From Barthelona sp. PCE (taxonomy: Eukaryota), in the NCBI GenBank assembly GCA_040285745.1, contig JAUFOR010000008.1, positions 1,364,001 to 1,428,000 of the forward strand: a stretch of 64,000 nucleotides of DNA, read 5' to 3'. A program made the position numbers and the translations under genes. Under the pieces are notes generated by a model, which was not told the origin of the DNA, made no database searches, and worked only from the letters and a program-made list of their open reading frames with translations. How positions within the stretch are numbered: the stretch's first letter is position 1; the number at the start of each line of letters is the position of its first letter. This document shows positions 50,537-60,479 of the stretch, in pieces.

Positions 50537-51973
50537 ATGAACGCCTTTGCTGAAGATGTTGCAATAACAATCGGAAACCCGCTCTACATTTGTGTTAACG
50601 GAGACGAATTAAATTTCTTTGTTTTTGAAGAATTCGGTGAGCCTCCACGTCAATTGAATCGGATACACAACAATTGCATCACATATGGCCCCATAAGAGC
50701 CGAGTTTTTTGTTGGAAATGGGAGAATTACAAGAATTGAAGTTTACTCTGATGGATTTTCGCAAATCCTTCATTTTTCAGGTAAATTTGAGTTCGTAGCA
50801 TTTCCCATGCTTTCTGGCTTGTGCATCTTCAATGGAGTGAAAACTTTTGAGATTGGACATCTTGCACGCGATGAGCAAATAGCTGTGGCTCTCGAGTGCG
50901 TGGCGCATGTTGCCATGAGTGATTTCACTGAAATTGATCTCCATCCCTATCTTTGGGATACTTTTTGGGAGAATCTCTTTATCCCAAGAAACAGAAATTT
51001 TGACTGTTTGGGATGTTTCAGTGTAACTCGTGAAGACATCATATTAATCAGAAAGCGTTATCTAAAGCTGATATACCATCATTGTGATCTTATTTCTCAA
51101 GATCAAGCAACAGAAAGTATTTGCAGCATGATATCAAGGCTGGAAAGAGTTTTTTATAACAAGCACTTATTGCTTAACAATGTGTTGGGTAATGGACATG
51201 ACTTCGATGAAGTTTTTGCAATGGGCAAAGATTTGTTTGAAAAATTTTTTTCAAAGTACTTTGAAAATAGGGAAGCTGAATATTTTTCAGCCGTTCTACG
51301 CCTTTTAACCCCAGTGGAATGTATTGAAGTTAGACCTATTAATCACACAAATGTAGAAATGGACAATATTGAAGATATTGAAGGTTCAAGACGATATTCT
51401 TTTCGTTTTGAAGACCTTTATCCTTATGGTCAACAGTTCCTTGAACAACAGGCAAAAATCCATCACCTGGAGCACCTTTTTAATACAGGTTTTGATTTCA
51501 CCCCAAACATTCAGAGTTTGCAGTTAATTGTTGATGGGTGGCGCCTGCACAGCGTATGTATAGACCATATTCGACCAGACTTCTCATTGGACATTTTTAA
51601 CTTTAATCAAGATGTCGACCGAATGTGGAGTATAACCTTACTCACACAAATCCTCAGTATCATGAACACAATTCACAGAGAGGGGAAGTGTGTTGTCTTT
51701 CTGAAACACATTGGAATCTTTCAAGAGGAAAATCCCCTTCTTATCGGTTACTGTAGAGCTGGTTTTCCGTTGGCAGGCAATTATAACATGGATTATATTG
51801 CTCCTGAGTGCTGTATTGGCCACAATGTTACCCCGGCTGCAGATGTATTCATGATAGGGTGGCTTATCAGAAACCTGCTTCCTGGCATGCTGGAAGAAGT
51901 AGTAGACGCTTGTTTCGTAGAAGCTGCTGACAGACCAACTGTTGCTGAAATTGAAAAACGATTGAGGCCTTGA
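50537..51973 (+). CDS. Protein with degenerate C-terminal kinase C-lobe (pseudokinase)
   Basis: YIAPE, ADVFMIG and DRPT are retained. The HRD and DFG positions are replaced (approximately VVF and GYC). Confidence 0.75.
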   Translation: MNAFAEDVAITIGNPLYICVNGDELNFFVFEEFGEPPRQLNRIHNNCITYGPIRAEFFVGNGRITRIEVYSDGFSQILHFSGKFEFVAFPMLSGLCIFNGVKTFEIGHLARDEQIAVALECVAHVAMSDFTEIDLHPYLWDTFWENLFIPRNRNFDCLGCFSVTREDIILIRKRYLKLIYHHCDLISQDQATESICSMISRLERVFYNKHLLLNNVLGNGHDFDEVFAMGKDLFEKFFSKYFENREAEYFSAVLRLLTPVECIEVRPINHTNVEMDNIEDIEGSRRYSFRFEDLYPYGQQFLEQQAKIHHLEHLFNTGFDFTPNIQSLQLIVDGWRLHSVCIDHIRPDFSLDIFNFNQDVDRMWSITLLTQILSIMNTIHREGKCVVFLKHIGIFQEENPLLIGYCRAGFPLAGNYNMDYIAPECCIGHNVTPAADVFMIGWLIRNLLPGMLEEVVDACFVEAADRPTVAEIEKRLRP

Positions 51974-52131
51974 TGACGCACCGTACACATGTGAAAAGCG
52001 AGTATTCATTTCAATTTTTCTAATCATATTATTTTCTCGATTAGACTCGTAATTTTATATTTTAAACACATTGTAAAGCGTTTTAGTACTAACCTGATGT
52101 AAAAAAAAACTAAAGTTCTTTATTAATCAAT

Positions 52132-53940
52132 CTATGTGCCCTGCATAATACTCTGTAACTGGGCTACAAACTCATCATCCACGCGGTACACGTCTCTTCC
52201 TGCGGCATTCTGTAGGATATACGCATGCGTACCATGGGGGACTTGATAGTAACGACGGCGACCAGCACCCTTGGGGTTATGCTGATGGCCGGATATAAAC
52301 ATGTGATCTTCACCGCTGGCGACGAAATCACGCACTAGGAATGGGCTGGCATCAAACGCTTCCAGTACAGGAGACCTGGGATCTGTCCAATCAGGGACAA
52401 AGACAACAAAACTAAGCGGTTCCTCGTCTGAGCTCTCTGCCAACCACTTATCAACGAGTTGTTGAGCAGCCAACATGGCCTCTTCGGTGTACGGTGGTCC
52501 AACCTCATACGAACCGGAGACTGGTTCAAAATCCATTGCTGTCGACCTGCACCCAAACCAATTATCAATGTCTGGAAACGCAGAGCAATAGCTTCTAAAG
52601 TACGTGTTTAGGGGAGAAGCGAATATCTCCTGGGAGACTTGAAAGTGCTCGTGTAAGAATTCAAAGACCGTTTCTGGGGCTGCTGCATGGAATCCTGCTC
52701 CGCTGAACGGTGATCCCTTCTGGCTTGATGCTGGGGTGCCGTACAGTGTCTCATAACGTCGCAACAAGCAGTACAGCGCGATTCTGAAAGCAGGGGCGTT
52801 CTTATCGATTGTAATTGGTTCCTTGTCCAATGCCTGACGCTTTCTGTTAACAACAAACGTGAAGAACTTGAGCAGCTTATCAAAATGGAATGAATTAATC
52901 AATAAATGGTCACTCTGAAACCCAATTTCGTAACAGGTCTTGTATTTTGATGGAAAGTAGTACGGGAGTGAGAACTTCTTCTTCTGACTGTCTAGCTCCA
53001 TCTGCAGCTGCCTGTACTCACTAATGACAGGTTCTTGGTCGACTCCTTCTTCAGCGGCTTTTTCGATCATCTCCAGATCAAGCTCCACGAAATCGTCATC
53101 AATGAAGAGCAGGTCAAAGTATCCCTTGAACGGGTTCTCAGTCTGGAAGCCCCTGATCTGCTCGATAACGTTGTTTGCTTGATAAGCGAGCTCTTCCAAC
53201 CTGTTGAAGTTATCAAAGTAATCAATGGCAAGCTTCTTTGAGAAGCTCTTTAACTCCAACGTCTTTGTCTTTAGGTTGATGTAAAGCTCCTCCTTGGACA
53301 GCAGGCTCTTGTTCATGAGCAGTGTTGTGTTGAGGTAGTTGCTGACATCGAAATCAATCATCTTCCACTCATTAATCAGCTCTTTAGACGTTATATTCTT
53401 GATGAAATTACGAATAGATGAGATGAAGTTGCGCAGCTGCTCCTCCAGATCATTGGGTTCGCTTGAATGAAACTTGACTCGCATAGGTGTGGATTCTATG
53501 ATTTCCCTCTTTAAAACATCTGTTGTGTATGCCGTTGACGGCGAAAACAGGATGGGGTCCTCGCCCTCTCCCTCCTCTAACTCACTTCGGAAACGGGTAA
53601 GTTGGCTGAAAAGCCACCTGTTAAATGCTTCTTTTGGTGGCCTGGAGAGACCCAGCTCGTGGCACAGTTGTCCAAAGAAACTGCGCAGCTCGCTCATCTT
53701 CTGAAATCTGTAATACTCGAGAAGTGGATTCGGTGCAATAAGCTCGATATCGTCGCTTTCGTTGCGTACCTTGCAGAACATCTCAACTGGAGTGTCAAAA
53801 TCAACCTTGGCTGATGGTTGTCCCTCTGAACGTCGATAGTACGTTTTTTTATCAGTCATCTGTGGTCCACTGATGTTCCTCTGCGGCTGGTAGCTACTAG
53901 GACCGCCGCCGACCCCCGAGTGCTGTTGGTAAGAACTCAT
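52132..53940 (-). CDS. PCIF1: PCIF1/CAPAM-like cap-adjacent adenosine N6-methyltransferase family protein
   Basis: PPKEAFNRW, CLLRRYET, GFHAAAP, FASPLN, YCSAFPDID.WFG, PLSFVVFVPDW, H.F.SG.QH. The catalytic motif reads GPPY. Confidence 0.88.
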   Translation of the reverse strand: MSSYQQHSGVGGGPSSYQPQRNISGPQMTDKKTYYRRSEGQPSAKVDFDTPVEMFCKVRNESDDIELIAPNPLLEYYRFQKMSELRSFFGQLCHELGLSRPPKEAFNRWLFSQLTRFRSELEEGEGEDPILFSPSTAYTTDVLKREIIESTPMRVKFHSSEPNDLEEQLRNFISSIRNFIKNITSKELINEWKMIDFDVSNYLNTTLLMNKSLLSKEELYINLKTKTLELKSFSKKLAIDYFDNFNRLEELAYQANNVIEQIRGFQTENPFKGYFDLLFIDDDFVELDLEMIEKAAEEGVDQEPVISEYRQLQMELDSQKKKFSLPYYFPSKYKTCYEIGFQSDHLLINSFHFDKLLKFFTFVVNRKRQALDKEPITIDKNAPAFRIALYCLLRRYETLYGTPASSQKGSPFSGAGFHAAAPETVFEFLHEHFQVSQEIFASPLNTYFRSYCSAFPDIDNWFGCRSTAMDFEPVSGSYEVGPPYTEEAMLAAQQLVDKWLAESSDEEPLSFVVFVPDWTDPRSPVLEAFDASPFLVRDFVASGEDHMFISGHQHNPKGAGRRRYYQVPHGTHAYILQNAAGRDVYRVDDEFVAQLQSIMQGT

Positions 53941-54217
53941 AATAGCGTTGAAAGGGTAGTAAATGGACTTGTGGACAATGATTTGATATTCATACTGTGG
54001 ATGCTCTTATAGCACACAATATCCCACATTTTATCCCTTTTCAAAGATAGTTAATGACAGATGTTTTACAACTGAAGTGCACAGCCAGGGTTTCAACTGC
54101 TTCTTATATATGGTCTTAAACACTGGAATAAACATAATTATGGGGGAAAATGACTATATATCACCACAATGTTTGAAAAGAAATGACAACACCATTAAGA
54201 CAATTCTACCCTATTTC

Positions 54218-54712
54218 ATGAATATTTACATTACAGGTACACCTGGTGTGGGAAAAACCACGCTCGCCGAGCTTGTTGCTGAGAATACAGGTCTAGAACT
54301 CCTCAGCATAAAGGAGGCAATTTTCGAAAACAAACTCTACGATTCATACGACTCAGAAGCAGACACATACGATGTTGATGATGAGGTTTTATTCGAGTTC
54401 TTCAATGATAAACTAGAGGAAAGAAAATACATAATGGATCATCATTCCTGCTTCCTTGATCCTGACTTCCTGGACATTGTAGTTGTTCTACGCACTGAGC
54501 ATGACATTCTTGGGAAGCGCTTGCAAGCCCGAAACTATCCACACTCAAAAGTAATTGAGAACCTGGAAGCTGAGATGTTTGATGTTTGTCAGGAGGAAGC
54601 TGAGGATATATACGAGGGTTCAAACACCAAGGTCGTCGTCCTGCAGTCCAACAATGATGAAGATATGGACAATAACGTTGAAATCATCTGTAACATGCTC
54701 ATAGATCAGTGA
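54218..54712 (+). CDS. AK6: Adenylate kinase 6 / Fap7
   Basis: MNIYITGTPGVGKTT, IMDHH, RLQARNY..SKVIENLEAE. True ATG is 54218. Confidence 0.93.
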   Translation: MNIYITGTPGVGKTTLAELVAENTGLELLSIKEAIFENKLYDSYDSEADTYDVDDEVLFEFFNDKLEERKYIMDHHSCFLDPDFLDIVVVLRTEHDILGKRLQARNYPHSKVIENLEAEMFDVCQEEAEDIYEGSNTKVVVLQSNNDEDMDNNVEIICNMLIDQ

Positions 54713-55484
54713 CCTCATCCAGTCTTAGAAGACCCTCAATTGCATGCCTGCACATCGGGCATGATCTGCTGCGGTGTCTGAGCTGCTCTGCACACCCCTG
54801 GCACAAACAAAAGTGACGACACGGAAGCACTGCTATCTCTACTGGATTTGTGAAACATATACAGCATTTGGAACTGCTCTCGTTGACGTTACCGTAGATG
54901 TCCTTCAAAACATAGAACTGATTCCCTGAATAAAAATATTGACCAACAACCTCAGCGCTGGTATCTGCAAATTTGAATACTGTATATTCTTTTTGGCTTC
55001 CATCTGCTGTTTTTAAAACTATAGCAAATGGAAAAACAGGTCTTTCTAATCCTCTAATCTCCGCCAACAGCGAATGTGATAGTCTAACATCAAAGCTGTC
55101 CTTTTCAGAAGATGAATCAACAGAAAATGAGGTCAGCTGTTCACCATCAAGCTGAGAATCGGTCACCTTCACATGATGCAATACTTCTACAATGAATTCC
55201 TCATCAGCCTGGAAAGGACACACAATGACGATCTGATCAGGCTCTGATCTGATTGTTATGTCCAAATAATTGAGCATGATGCGCCTTACGAGCTTCCTGA
55301 CTGGTTGAACGACAGGAGGAGGACAGTCAGGTAAAACTGAGCCCATTTCTGGCGCTGGTTCTCTCAGTTGGTTACGTACGCCCTCCAGCACCAACCGTTG
55401 AAAGATGTTTGGACGGAAGGGAACTCGTTCGCCATTGCGCTCCACGTAATAAGTTCTTTGAGGTATACTACTATTTAATCCCAT
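54699..55484 (-). CDS. C3HC5-type RING E3 ligase, MGRN1/RNF157/LOG2-like
   Basis: Myristoylation-type start MGLNSS, VFPFAI, YVLKDIYG, and CCIC...LPCRHFCLCQGC...CPMCR. Confidence 0.88.
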   Translation of the reverse strand: MGLNSSIPQRTYYVERNGERVPFRPNIFQRLVLEGVRNQLREPAPEMGSVLPDCPPPVVQPVRKLVRRIMLNYLDITIRSEPDQIVIVCPFQADEEFIVEVLHHVKVTDSQLDGEQLTSFSVDSSSEKDSFDVRLSHSLLAEIRGLERPVFPFAIVLKTADGSQKEYTVFKFADTSAEVVGQYFYSGNQFYVLKDIYGNVNESSSKCCICFTNPVEIAVLPCRHFCLCQGCAEQLRHRSRSCPMCRHAIEGLLRLDEVTDL

Positions 55485-56093
55485 GATAAGCTGTTCTCTG
55501 AAGATCTGGTAGATGAACAATACAATGGAGCGGATAAAAACTCCAACAACAAGAAAGAAAGTGATAATTTCCAAAACAACATAAGCAAATTTACATCTTT
55601 TCAGAGAGTGTTCTCCTTTGATACTCAGCTACCTTAAGATTATGTGGATAATATTTACTCCAGAAATATAGAATGTAAAAGGGAAAGATGATACTCCTCT
55701 TCCTTCGCAAAATGTTGCAAGTTTCCTCCCAATTCGTGCACTTAAATAGGATTGGTGAGCTCCCCCGGAAGATGGTTTTGTGCACATAACCATCCTACCA
55801 CAATTTTTTGTATATGATGGAAAAGAGAAAGATAGTTAAATCTATCGCTTGCAATATATCCTATATAGAATAGTATGTACTTTTCTTAGGCTGCTAACTG
55901 CGTATTAAATCAACCTGTAAGATCATTTTATGCAGGTTTCTTAAAGTGTAAGCTTCTCTCTGTTATAAACTATTTTGCTCAACTTACAGATATATCCAAC
56001 ACGAAGAGCACCCAATAAAGCATTGAGACAGAATTTTTTCGTTTTTGCATTTTTTCCTCTCAAGCACAGGGCATACCAAAAGAGACTTCAGCA

Positions 56094-57680
56094 ATGTTTC
56101 ATGTGATACTGCGTAAGCCACTGACAAATATGTGCAAGGCAGTTGAGCGAGTTCTGGACTCAAAGTATGATTATTCATCAGCGCTGTATGAGGAGCACGT
56201 TTCCATAAATGAATATGAGGCTTTTGTGTCAAACAACCATGAAATCGACAGAACAATCCACATTTCACCGGAGATCACATTGTTTTTTTGTTATTGTGGA
56301 GATTATACATATGAAGAACTCGATAATGGTCTGATTATGTTCTTCCATGGAAACAGTCCCAGCGACTATCATTTAATTAAGGATACAATCATGAGTCAAC
56401 ATATTACGAGTCTTGATTTTGAGATGGAAATCTTCGATTCTTTGCAAGATACCTTCTTTTGTTTTGTATTTAACCGGAATACATCTGAGTTTCTTTTACT
56501 GAAAGATAGATTGGGCGCTAAAAGTACACCTTTTACTCTTTTTACAGACGCTTGTATGATATCAAGTTGTGCACATTGTTTCTATGAATATCTACGAGAT
56601 AAATTGGACATAAATACGCTCATAAATACGTTTGATCTTCCAGCACTCTTTTTATATCGTTTTTCTTTACAAAATAATGAATTTGCACTTAACACACAAT
56701 CATATTCGAATAATTTAACAATACTTGATCGAACCCTTGATCTTTCTGATGCTGATGCTGTCCGTGGATATATAAAATCTTCATTAACTAACTTTTTTGA
56801 ACCGTTTTTAAATCTACCACTTTTGGAAAACAGGGTGTTTCCCTTAGGTGTTTTATTCAGTGGTGGTGTCGACTCCACCCTTCTAGCAGCTCATCTAGCA
56901 TCTCTGGTGCCTCCAAACACACAGATAGACCTGTATAACGTTGCCTTTGATCACAAGAACATAAAAGAATACGATACACCTGATCGTATAACAGGACTAG
57001 CAGCATGGGAAGAGCTGAAGGAATGCTTCCCCGCAGTGGAGTTCAACATGTGTGCCATTGATGTACCTGTAGATGAGGGTTTAGATTGCTTGAAGTACAC
57101 ACTTTTCAAGAATATTTTGCCTAGTCGTTCTTCAATGGATGTTAATATCGCATTAGCGCTGTGCTGTGCGTCTTCATCAAAGGCGCAGTCTCTCCTTACA
57201 GGAAACAATTACACCAGACCGAATTACAAGGGTTACTTGCTGGCACAGGGTGCAGACGAGTTGTTTGGCGGATACAAGCGTTTACACAGTATATTTGCAA
57301 AGCACGGGTATTCTGCATGTGTTGAAACCCTAAAAACTGATATTGATACATTGTGGTACAAGAATCTTCCAAGGGAAGATCGACTTTTTTCGTTCTTGCA
57401 AAAAACCGCTTACTTCCCCTTACTTAATGAAAGGTTCATGAGAATAGCGTACACAATTATGGACGATCAGGAATTGTTCTCAAAGTATATGTTGAATCCA
57501 ACACTGCAGAGAGGAATTGGTGAAAAAATTGTTTTACGACAAATATTATGTGAATATGGTCTGGAGAGGACAGCTACTAATCCAAAGAGAGCTATTCAGT
57601 TCGGAAGTAAGTCAGCAAAGATCGCAAACGCAGGGAAAAAGGGAACAGTTGACATGTTTGAGTTTTTTAACTCTTTGTAA
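56094..57680 (+). CDS. Asparagine synthetase domain-containing protein (ASNSD1/YML096W-like)
   Basis: KDRLG, VLFSGGVDST, LYNVAF, PDRITG, QGADELFGGY, GEKIVLR, PKRAIQFGSK. Confidence 0.88.
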   Translation: MFHVILRKPLTNMCKAVERVLDSKYDYSSALYEEHVSINEYEAFVSNNHEIDRTIHISPEITLFFCYCGDYTYEELDNGLIMFFHGNSPSDYHLIKDTIMSQHITSLDFEMEIFDSLQDTFFCFVFNRNTSEFLLLKDRLGAKSTPFTLFTDACMISSCAHCFYEYLRDKLDINTLINTFDLPALFLYRFSLQNNEFALNTQSYSNNLTILDRTLDLSDADAVRGYIKSSLTNFFEPFLNLPLLENRVFPLGVLFSGGVDSTLLAAHLASLVPPNTQIDLYNVAFDHKNIKEYDTPDRITGLAAWEELKECFPAVEFNMCAIDVPVDEGLDCLKYTLFKNILPSRSSMDVNIALALCCASSSKAQSLLTGNNYTRPNYKGYLLAQGADELFGGYKRLHSIFAKHGYSACVETLKTDIDTLWYKNLPREDRLFSFLQKTAYFPLLNERFMRIAYTIMDDQELFSKYMLNPTLQRGIGEKIVLRQILCEYGLERTATNPKRAIQFGSKSAKIANAGKKGTVDMFEFFNSL

Positions 57681-57714
57681 AATTTTTCTCTCTTTATTTC
57701 AAAACTATATCAAT

Positions 57715-58407
57715 ATGATACCCGAAGTAGAAATGCCCTTGAGTGAGGATCCGCTTACGTTTTTCGATGAAACGCGAAATATGCTAGAAAACGCAACTCA
57801 TGTACGCACGGTTGATGATAGCAGCACATACTATATGAAAGTCGGCAGGCATCACTGTATGCGCATGCTGACAACATTTTCTTTGAGGGAATACGATTTA
57901 ATGAGTTTAGTTGTTGCTTTCTCCTCTTGGTGGAAATTTGGAGATATCATTCCAGATCTTGAGGACATTGAGATGATAGAAGAAAACAGCGTTACCAATT
58001 TTACACTTGCTATGAAGATACGGTTACCAATACCGTTTAAACGCCGCTTTTTCGCATTGAACGTGTCTGTCATTGAATATGGTGACCGAGACGTCCTCGT
58101 TGTTGGTCGTGAGGTGACTCACCAACATCTAACACATCGATTCAATACTGGACGAGTCGTTCCCATAACGATGAGTTTTGTCTGTCTACTTCAAAACAAT
58201 GAAGAAGAACTTCGCCTAAACATGAACGTCATCATTAACCCAGAGATTGCTATAGTTCCAGGGTGGCTGGTTCGTTTCTTTACGTACGTCCGGGCCCATA
58301 AAGAAATACAAGGGCTCAAAACCGTTGCTTCCACGGCCGAGCCCGATGTATACGCCGAGAGGGAGCCTGCTCGATTTGAATACATCAAGCATCTCTGCGA
58401 AAGATAA
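57715..58407 (+). CDS. START-like lipid-binding domain protein
   Basis: RLPIPFKRRFF and INPEIAIVPGWLV motifs. ATG 57715 has TTTCA upstream and avoids overlap with the previous gene. Confidence 0.7.
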   Translation: MIPEVEMPLSEDPLTFFDETRNMLENATHVRTVDDSSTYYMKVGRHHCMRMLTTFSLREYDLMSLVVAFSSWWKFGDIIPDLEDIEMIEENSVTNFTLAMKIRLPIPFKRRFFALNVSVIEYGDRDVLVVGREVTHQHLTHRFNTGRVVPITMSFVCLLQNNEEELRLNMNVIINPEIAIVPGWLVRFFTYVRAHKEIQGLKTVASTAEPDVYAEREPARFEYIKHLCER

Positions 58408-58410
58408 TAA

Positions 58411-59418
58411 CTAGCAAACCAGCCTCTTCATTTCCAATCGGTCCTCTTCGTCATCGACGCTGCTAATCTTGATATCCATCGTGAGCTCACGGTGGTTGTT
58501 CTCAGGCTGATCAAAGTAGAAACTCAACTCCATTAGGTCCCTCATATGGTAGTGATCGTCGAACAGAACCATCGTCTGCTTCCAGTGAGTGTGGGGAGAG
58601 TAGGGGCTTGTACATAGCTCTACAATCTCACCGCCCTTATGTCTCTGTGTAAAGATACACTTGAACCACATACAGAGCCCATTGACCATTGTGTTCTCCT
58701 TCAGATCGATGGTTGTCTTGAATACACGTCTGTATATATCCTCCAACGACTTGACATCGTACAGGCTCAAATCAAAGATGGTTCCGTAATCACTGGCAAT
58801 GTCGTCCTTGTGCACTTCGTCTAGAATCGTCTCATATATCGAGGATCCCTTAAAGATGGAGAAGTCGAACCCATGAACGTTGTCCCAGAAGTTAACCATG
58901 TGGTTGTAGTCAATGTAATTGGCGAAATGTGCATGCAACTGAATTCGATCAGGCAACAAAATTCCATCATCTTTTAACAAGTTATCACGAGCAATTAACA
59001 CTGATTCCAGCATGTTCTCGAAGAGCAGGCAGTATCCCATCCACTCACTGATAATAATATCAACTCGATCACCGCCAACCATTTCCAATGTTACATCTTC
59101 GACTTTTGCCTTGATCACTGTGATTCTATCACTGTAATTGTTGAGTGCAACAATTGCCTCAGTGTTTTTGTACATTGAAGTTGGTTCTACAGCAAAAACA
59201 TGTTTTGCTCCTGCTTTGGCAGCAAATAAACTCAGGATCCCCGTTCCTGCACCCACGTCGAGCACTACTTTGTCTCTAAAGATATCGCAATTATGTGTGA
59301 TTGCATGTTCATACGCAATAGTTCTATAATAATCGTTCAGCATATCGTAGTGAATAGAATGGTGCTCGTAACTCTGAAAGTAGACCTTCTCACTATCAAG
59401 ATTTCCCTCTAAACTCAT
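58411..59418 (-). CDS. Type I protein arginine methyltransferase (PRMT1-like)
   Basis: YFQSY, VLDVGAGTGILS, double-E loop SEWMGYCLLFE, THWKQT. Confidence 0.94.
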   Translation of the reverse strand: MSLEGNLDSEKVYFQSYEHHSIHYDMLNDYYRTIAYEHAITHNCDIFRDKVVLDVGAGTGILSLFAAKAGAKHVFAVEPTSMYKNTEAIVALNNYSDRITVIKAKVEDVTLEMVGGDRVDIIISEWMGYCLLFENMLESVLIARDNLLKDDGILLPDRIQLHAHFANYIDYNHMVNFWDNVHGFDFSIFKGSSIYETILDEVHKDDIASDYGTIFDLSLYDVKSLEDIYRRVFKTTIDLKENTMVNGLCMWFKCIFTQRHKGGEIVELCTSPYSPHTHWKQTMVLFDDHYHMRDLMELSFYFDQPENNHRELTMDIKISSVDDEEDRLEMKRLVC

Positions 59419-59498
59419 TGTAAGTGCTAAATAGGTGCTAAATAGTAAAAGAGAAAAAAATCAAAAATCTGTCATTTATTCGCTATCTACTGGTTACA

Positions 59499-60405
59499 TT
59501 AGTTCTCTTCATCAGAATCCATATCAAAGTGTTCTAAAACGAAACTGCTCAATGTCGTGGGATAGTTACCACCGTTCTCAATAAATTCTTCAACATCAGT
59601 TACAACCTTTCTAGCACTCTCTACGACTGAATCAACGAGTCCGCAGTACCTCAAGATAGGATCAGAACGAATTGAAGGAACTACAACTTCTTCAAACGAA
59701 ACATCCTCGTCTTCCTCGTCAATTTCACCGGCAAGGAATCTTTGGAAGAACTGTACGACGATGTCGTCAGATGTAGAAAAGGTTAAAGGACCATTCATGT
59801 CTCCTGTGTGAATACCAAGTAGCAAAAGGAAGCGTTCGAGGTGAGGGTTGAGGTGGATCAACTGTTGGATAGGTGGGAGGCTCAGGCGTGTGAATAAGGG
59901 TTCGTTCTTACATGTTAAAAAGCAAGGAATCAAACACCAGTGAAGAGCTGAGAGATATGGAATTGGTTGATTCTCAGAGAATAAATCGTTGAGGTCTGTC
60001 TCGATATCAGTCTTCTTGAGCATGATCTCACAGCAAAGCTTGCCCCAAGTAATGCTAGTAACAAATTGAGGAGGAATGTTTGCTTCCTTACGAGCAATAA
60101 CTAAATCAATCAACTCCAGACACTCTGTGTATTGTTGTGCCTTGAAATAAGCTTGAGAAAGTGCAAAAACCTTTGGTGAAGGCATTTTTGCGAGAACATC
60201 GCTAGGAGGCATAGAAGGTGCTTCCTCACTGAAGCTGTACTGCCCAATGATGTCTGTGACCTCTTTATCTGTCTAAACATTAGCTACGCTTTCCCTATTG
60301 CAAAAAAAAAAAACATACGCTGTTATCAAGTTGCTTCAGCAGCTCAATTGTGATGTGAGGGTGAACAAAAGGCGCAATTTGCTTAATGTAATCCAACATA
60401 ATCAT
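59499..60405 (-). CDS. EIF3E: eIF3 subunit E-like; complement(join(59499..60272,60319..60405)), ~286 aa
   Basis: Exon 1 IAPFVHPHITIELL, then WGKLCCEIML, LHWCL, NPHLERFL, DPIL and VESAR, which follow the order of eIF3e motifs. Confidence 0.75.
60273..60318 (-). other. Spliceosomal intron, 46 nt, phase 0
   Basis: GTATGT...GCTAATGTTTAG. Joins two track ORFs in frame. Confidence 0.88.
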
Positions 60406-60479
60406 TAAACAAAAGGTGAAATGGGGTGTTTTTGTTAATAAGCCCTTTCTCCATTTCACTAAAACCTTTTCAAACACAT

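Noticed and set aside
59424-59445. GTGCTAAATAG tandem duplication upstream of PRMT
   Set aside because: Two copies only and not noticed elsewhere in the window; likely slippage.
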